A stretch of 64,000 bases of DNA, from NCBI RefSeq assembly GCF_009914755.1, contig NC_060946.1, one strand, 5' to 3'. Shown piece after piece: positions 59,857-64,000 of the stretch. The position numbers and the translations under genes were made by a program. Below the pieces are notes generated by a model, which ran no database searches, was not told the DNA's origin, and saw only the letters and a program-made list of their open reading frames with translations. The stretch's first letter is position 1. Each line of letters opens with the position of its first letter. The DNA comes from the human T2T-CHM13v2.0 reference genome, Homo sapiens.

Positions 59857-62472
59857 TCGTCTCAGGAAACTTCTTAATGAAAGTGTCGGCCACGGTGGTG
59901 TGTAGGTGGCTGAGCTCAGATTGCAGCTGCTAAGACACCAGCCACTTACCAAGAGAAAGCCAGGCTGCTTCAAACCCAGGGCCCACGGCAAAAAAGCATC
60001 ACTTCCGGCCGGGGAGTCTGGAAGCCACGCCTTGTGGGAGGTCACACTGGCATCTAGGCCTTCGCCTGCATTGCAGAAGGAGAGCCGGGTCCCCCTCCTG
60101 GAGAACGCTGCGTTCCCCAGCCCCACACCGGCTTTGCCACCACACAGGCTGTTGAGGCAGGAGGCGGGTAAGACGTAGCTGTAGACCCAAAGCAACCACC
60201 AGCCCTGGGACCCTGCGGGAGAGGAGCACTTTTAGAACATGGAAAAGTGTGGTCATCCCATCATTAGACAGCACACATCCTACATAAATAAAAAGTCGTA
60301 TGGGGAAGGAGGTTGGGGAGGGAATAAAAAATTGGCACAGACATTGATAGACTGGTTTCCAGTTTCAAGGTAACAGATGCACATCATGAGACCAGAGGAG
60401 GCAGAGACAAGGCTGGATTTGGCTTTTCTAAGCAACACGTGTTCCTGCGCAGGGCTGAATGGTTGCTGAGACAGAGATGGAAGCCAGGACAAGGGAGCCC
60501 ACCGGGCCCAGATAGGTACAGAGAGCAGAGGCTCCTGTTCTGTCCTCGCCACCCACGAGGGTGACACTGCTTGTAAATGGTGGCTGTGCTCTCCCAGCAA
60601 GAAAAAAGCACAACTAAATCCACACTGCACACAGACGCAGACAGAAAGCCTTCAAGTGGCTCTGTTTTCTGCTCCCTGCCTTGCCAGGTCCACAAGCAGA
60701 GAGGAGTGTCAGGCACATGGCCCCGCTGTCAGGCTCCCCAGTGAGCTGCGGGCTCAGCAGGAGCTGCCCACTGACACACAGGGGACACCCACTCCTGCCA
60801 CCTTGGGAGCGGTTGCCAGACAGAGCCGCACTGGGTGCTGGTGTCATCCAGGGACCCCACACACTTCCTTAAATGTGATCCTGCTTCCCTCTGCGCAGCT
60901 GCATCCTCTCCTCCTGCAGGACTGTCTGGAAACTTGGCTCTCAGTTTGCTCTCCCTTCTCTCCTCTGCCTGCCCCAAGCCCCTCTTTCTAAAAAAGTGAT
61001 GCCATGTTCATGGGGTTATTTCTTGAAAATACTTGGCGGCCTCCATGCTTCTGTTTTCTTTGAGCCAGGTGGTCAGGAGGGCTTACAAAGAATGCCTGGG
61101 CTCCCCCGCAGGTGCCGGCAGATGGGGTAGCGAATGGTCCTGTGCCTCCACCTGCTCCGGGAGGGAGTCTCCCGTCTCTAGGCCTGGCCCCTTCCTAACC
61201 CTCCACGTATCCTGTTCTCCAGAGACTTCAGAACCCACTCCTGAGAACAGCGGAGCCAGGCGCTTAGAGGAAGATCAAATGCTGCCAGGACACGGATTGT
61301 CCAGGGATTACATTCCAGCATCTTATTAGGTATCTGGATCTGTTGGGGAAAAAATTAGAAACTATGTATAAAACTTACAAATATTCAAGTATCAAAAGGT
61401 TATTTAGGATGAAAGTTTTAAAACAAGTCATCAGCAAGCTGCTGCCACCAAGTGGAGACTTATACAAAAGTTGAGCGAGTCCACTGAGCTGAGAGGACAG
61501 AAATGAAGTCACCTGTGCTGGGGCAGGGGCAGGGACACTGGGGGCAGGGAGTGTGTGGGCAGAGAAGCCAGAGAAGTCCAGGCCTGTGGAAGCCAAACAG
61601 GAGAGCGTGGGCCGGAAGGGCGGTCAGGATCGGGGGACGAGGTCGCTCTCCCTGGAGAACGAACCCTAAGGTGCGTAGCCTGGGATTCCCTCCCTGGGGG
61701 TCCTGTCCCCCGACATTTCACGGGCCTTCTGAGCTGCCTTCCAAGGAGGACTAACACGGCAACAAAAGAACCATTTCTGCACAAAAATCCTTCTGGGAAG
61801 AAAAAGAAGAAAGCCAAGAATGGAGTCAAAACGCTACCCAGTGCTGACTAAGCCTCTCAAACCCTGTTCTAAGTGGACTGTGGTTTCTAAGTCAGGGAAA
61901 TGGAAGAGGCCCCACCCACACAGGGACAGGGCCACGGCCCCCACAGGATGAAGCAGCAGCGTTTATTCAAGATACAAGTGAGGGAATCCGGTCACGTTCC
62001 CTTCTCCCCAGAGAGGGCGCTTCTTGACAAGTGATTCAGTAGAAATCTTTTAGACTCTATAAGTTAAGTTCATAAAAACCACTGCTTTCACCCTGTCTCC
62101 CAGGGCCAGGCCTGGACTCCGAGATGAACTGGTTTGGGGCGCCCTCGGGTGGCCACATAAAAAACCCACAGTCTGAGGCCAGCCTGGGGCTTTCAGACCT
62201 GGGCGGGATCTGCCCAGGCCACCTGTCCTTCTGCTTTGGGCCGCTGTCTCTTGGCAGATGGCCTGACACCTGGGGGTGGCCCAAGGATGCCTCAGAAAAT
62301 CTTGATTCCCACTCTACAGATGGCCTGATTAGCCAGAGGTTTCCAGGCCGTCTGTCCGCCTCCAGGAGATGGACTGGGACCTTTAGACATCGGTGGAGAA
62401 CAGGATGCTCTATCCCTTGCTGTCCAGGGCAGGGATGGCCTCCAGCCGCAAGAAGTACAGCAGCACCTCGAC
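59857..62472 (-). pseudogene. BCR: BCR pseudogene terminal exon (BCR exon 23 equivalent) with long 3' UTR
   Basis: Acceptor GGGCAG ends at 62473; VEVLLYFLRLEAIPALDSKG*SILFSTDV* (premature TAG 62412-62410, native TAA 62385-62383). Proximal AATAAA at 61967-61962. Distal end inferred from the recalled BCR mRNA end. Confidence 0.85.
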
Positions 62473-62665
62473 CTGCCCTCGCGGAGTGGGGAAGAGAAGA
62501 GTGGCTCAGAGCGGGGCTCACAGCTGCTGGTGGGAGGTCTTTGGGGCCCAAGCTCCCAAGTCCACCTCAGGTGCTAGAAACCCCTGCTGGTGTCATGAAC
62601 CCCTTACAGTGAGACGGGGGTGGGGTGGGGTCCTGACAAGGCATGACTTGTTGGGTGGGGGGTGG

Positions 62666-62955
62666 TTATTTATTTTAGAGATGCACAGGGCCTTGCTCTG
62701 TCCCCCAGGCTGGAGTACAGTGGCTCCATCATGGATCACTGCAGCCTCTAACTCCTGGGCTCAAGCAATCCTCCTGTGTCAGCCTCCCAGATACCTAGGA
62801 TTACAGATGTGTGCCACAATGCCTGCCTAATTTTTCTTTGTATTTTTTCTGGAGATGGGGTTTGCTACATTGCCCAGACTGGTCTCAAACACCTGGGTTC
62901 AGTTGTCCTGCCTCGGCCTCTCAAAGTGCTGGGATTACAGGCATGAGCCACCACA
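62666..62955 (-). mobile_element. AluJ in BCRP intron
   Basis: Reverse AluJ consensus. Confidence 0.85.
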
Positions 62956-63191
62956 CTCAAACACTTGGGGTGGTTTTAAGCCCCCAGCAAGGTGCACCAG
63001 CAGGACCAGGAGGTGTCCTGGGCACCCCCTATCACTCCCATCCATGCAAACCTAGGCAAGTCCCTGTCTCTGAATCTCAGCCACCACCACATACAATGCA
63101 AGTGGGAAGATGGGCAGGACTGGGGGTGGGGCAGGCAGAGGCCACCTCTGTCAGGCTGGGGTTGCATGGGCTGGAGGCTGTCTTCCCATAC

Positions 63192-63354
63192 CTGGGACAT
63201 GACCTCCAAGGACCAGCTGTCAGTCATGGTGATGGGCTGGCTGGGGTTGGCAGGGAGCTTGCTCTCCTTCTCGGAGGGCCGGAGCAGCGTGGGGCCAAAC
63301 ACCGTGCCAAGGTTGTGCAGGGACATCTTATTGACTGCCTCCTTCTCTGCCATC
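63192..63354 (-). pseudogene. BCR: BCR pseudogene exon (exon 22 equivalent, RhoGAP C-terminal part)
   Basis: [54 protein letters not shown]; 163 nt; CTACAG acceptor and GTATGG donor. Confidence 0.93.
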
Positions 63355-63831
63355 CTGTAGAGGACCGAAGCAGAGGGTGCTGTTTCAACGCCACCACCAG
63401 GAGAGAGGCAGAGGGGCTGTGCCGTGCTAGAGTCCTCAGGGAGGGAGTGACCTCGACCCTGGCTGTGCTGCAAGCTGACTCCAGCCTTGGTACTTCTGGG
63501 TCTCAGTGGCCCAGGACAAGGGGCCAGCTCTGGGCTGATGGGGAGGTCTTCATGATGTGCTTGGGAGGGAAGCGGGGGCGGTCCAAATGCACTGCTGGCC
63601 ACGGCCAAAGCTCTGAGCTCTTTGTTAAGGCCACAGTGCAGAGGGAGGAGGGTGGCAAAGAGGAGAGGCAGGGGTGGGGGTGGCAGTGGTGCTAGTCCTT
63701 AGAAGCAGTGAGTTACTGCAGACAGGGGTCAGGGGAAAAGGTCCTTGGTGCTGGGGGTCTGGTGGGAGCAGAGGGGCACCCCACGGCCTGGAGACCTGGA
63801 GTCCTGGGCAGCCACAAGAGAGCTGGGCTAC

Positions 63832-63937
63832 CTTTCCACGTGGTCTAGAAGGAAAAGGAAGGTGAGCAGGTTGGCCTCCGGCAGGGACGACAGCAGGTTG
63901 AGCATGCAGCTCTTCTTTGCAACTGGGTCTGAAAGAG
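63832..63937 (-). pseudogene. BCR: BCR pseudogene exon (exon 21 equivalent); gene continues beyond the window
   Basis: [34 protein letters not shown]; 106 nt; CCTGCAG acceptor and GTAGCC donor. Confidence 0.92.
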
Positions 63938-64000
63938 CTGCAGGAGGCAGTGGGTTACTCCCCTGGGTTACGACAAGCCGGAGACCTCTCCCGAGGTGGT

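Noticed and set aside
62811-63695. 294-aa plus-strand ORF
   Set aside because: Starts in an Alu and runs antisense through a BCRP exon and intron; no coding signature.

Overview
Primate (most likely human) genomic DNA, repeat-rich, with no intact protein-coding gene. The window is a mosaic segmental duplication. From left to right: an IGSF3-derived segment on the minus strand (one intact Ig V-domain exon plus probable long intron), a processed E2F6 pseudogene on the plus strand, a duplicated Alu cluster and CpG-rich promoter-like region, a POM121-like (POM121L) pseudogene with an internal 930-bp duplication, and the last three exons plus 3' UTR of a BCR pseudogene on the minus strand. This IGSF3/E2F6P/POM121L/BCRP arrangement matches what I recall of the 22q11.2 low-copy repeats (LCR22-A or -D, next to GGT3P/GGT2); I cannot tell which copy from sequence alone. 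I see no convincing new biological system. The best leads are: an apparently fossilised E2F6 splice isoform, a chimeric AluY at a likely module junction, a candidate bidirectional RFX-box promoter that could drive chimeric transcripts, and a cryptic signal-peptide plus single Ig-domain ORF. Comparisons to parent genes rely on recalled sequences, not database searches. Repeat family names and boundaries were called by eye.
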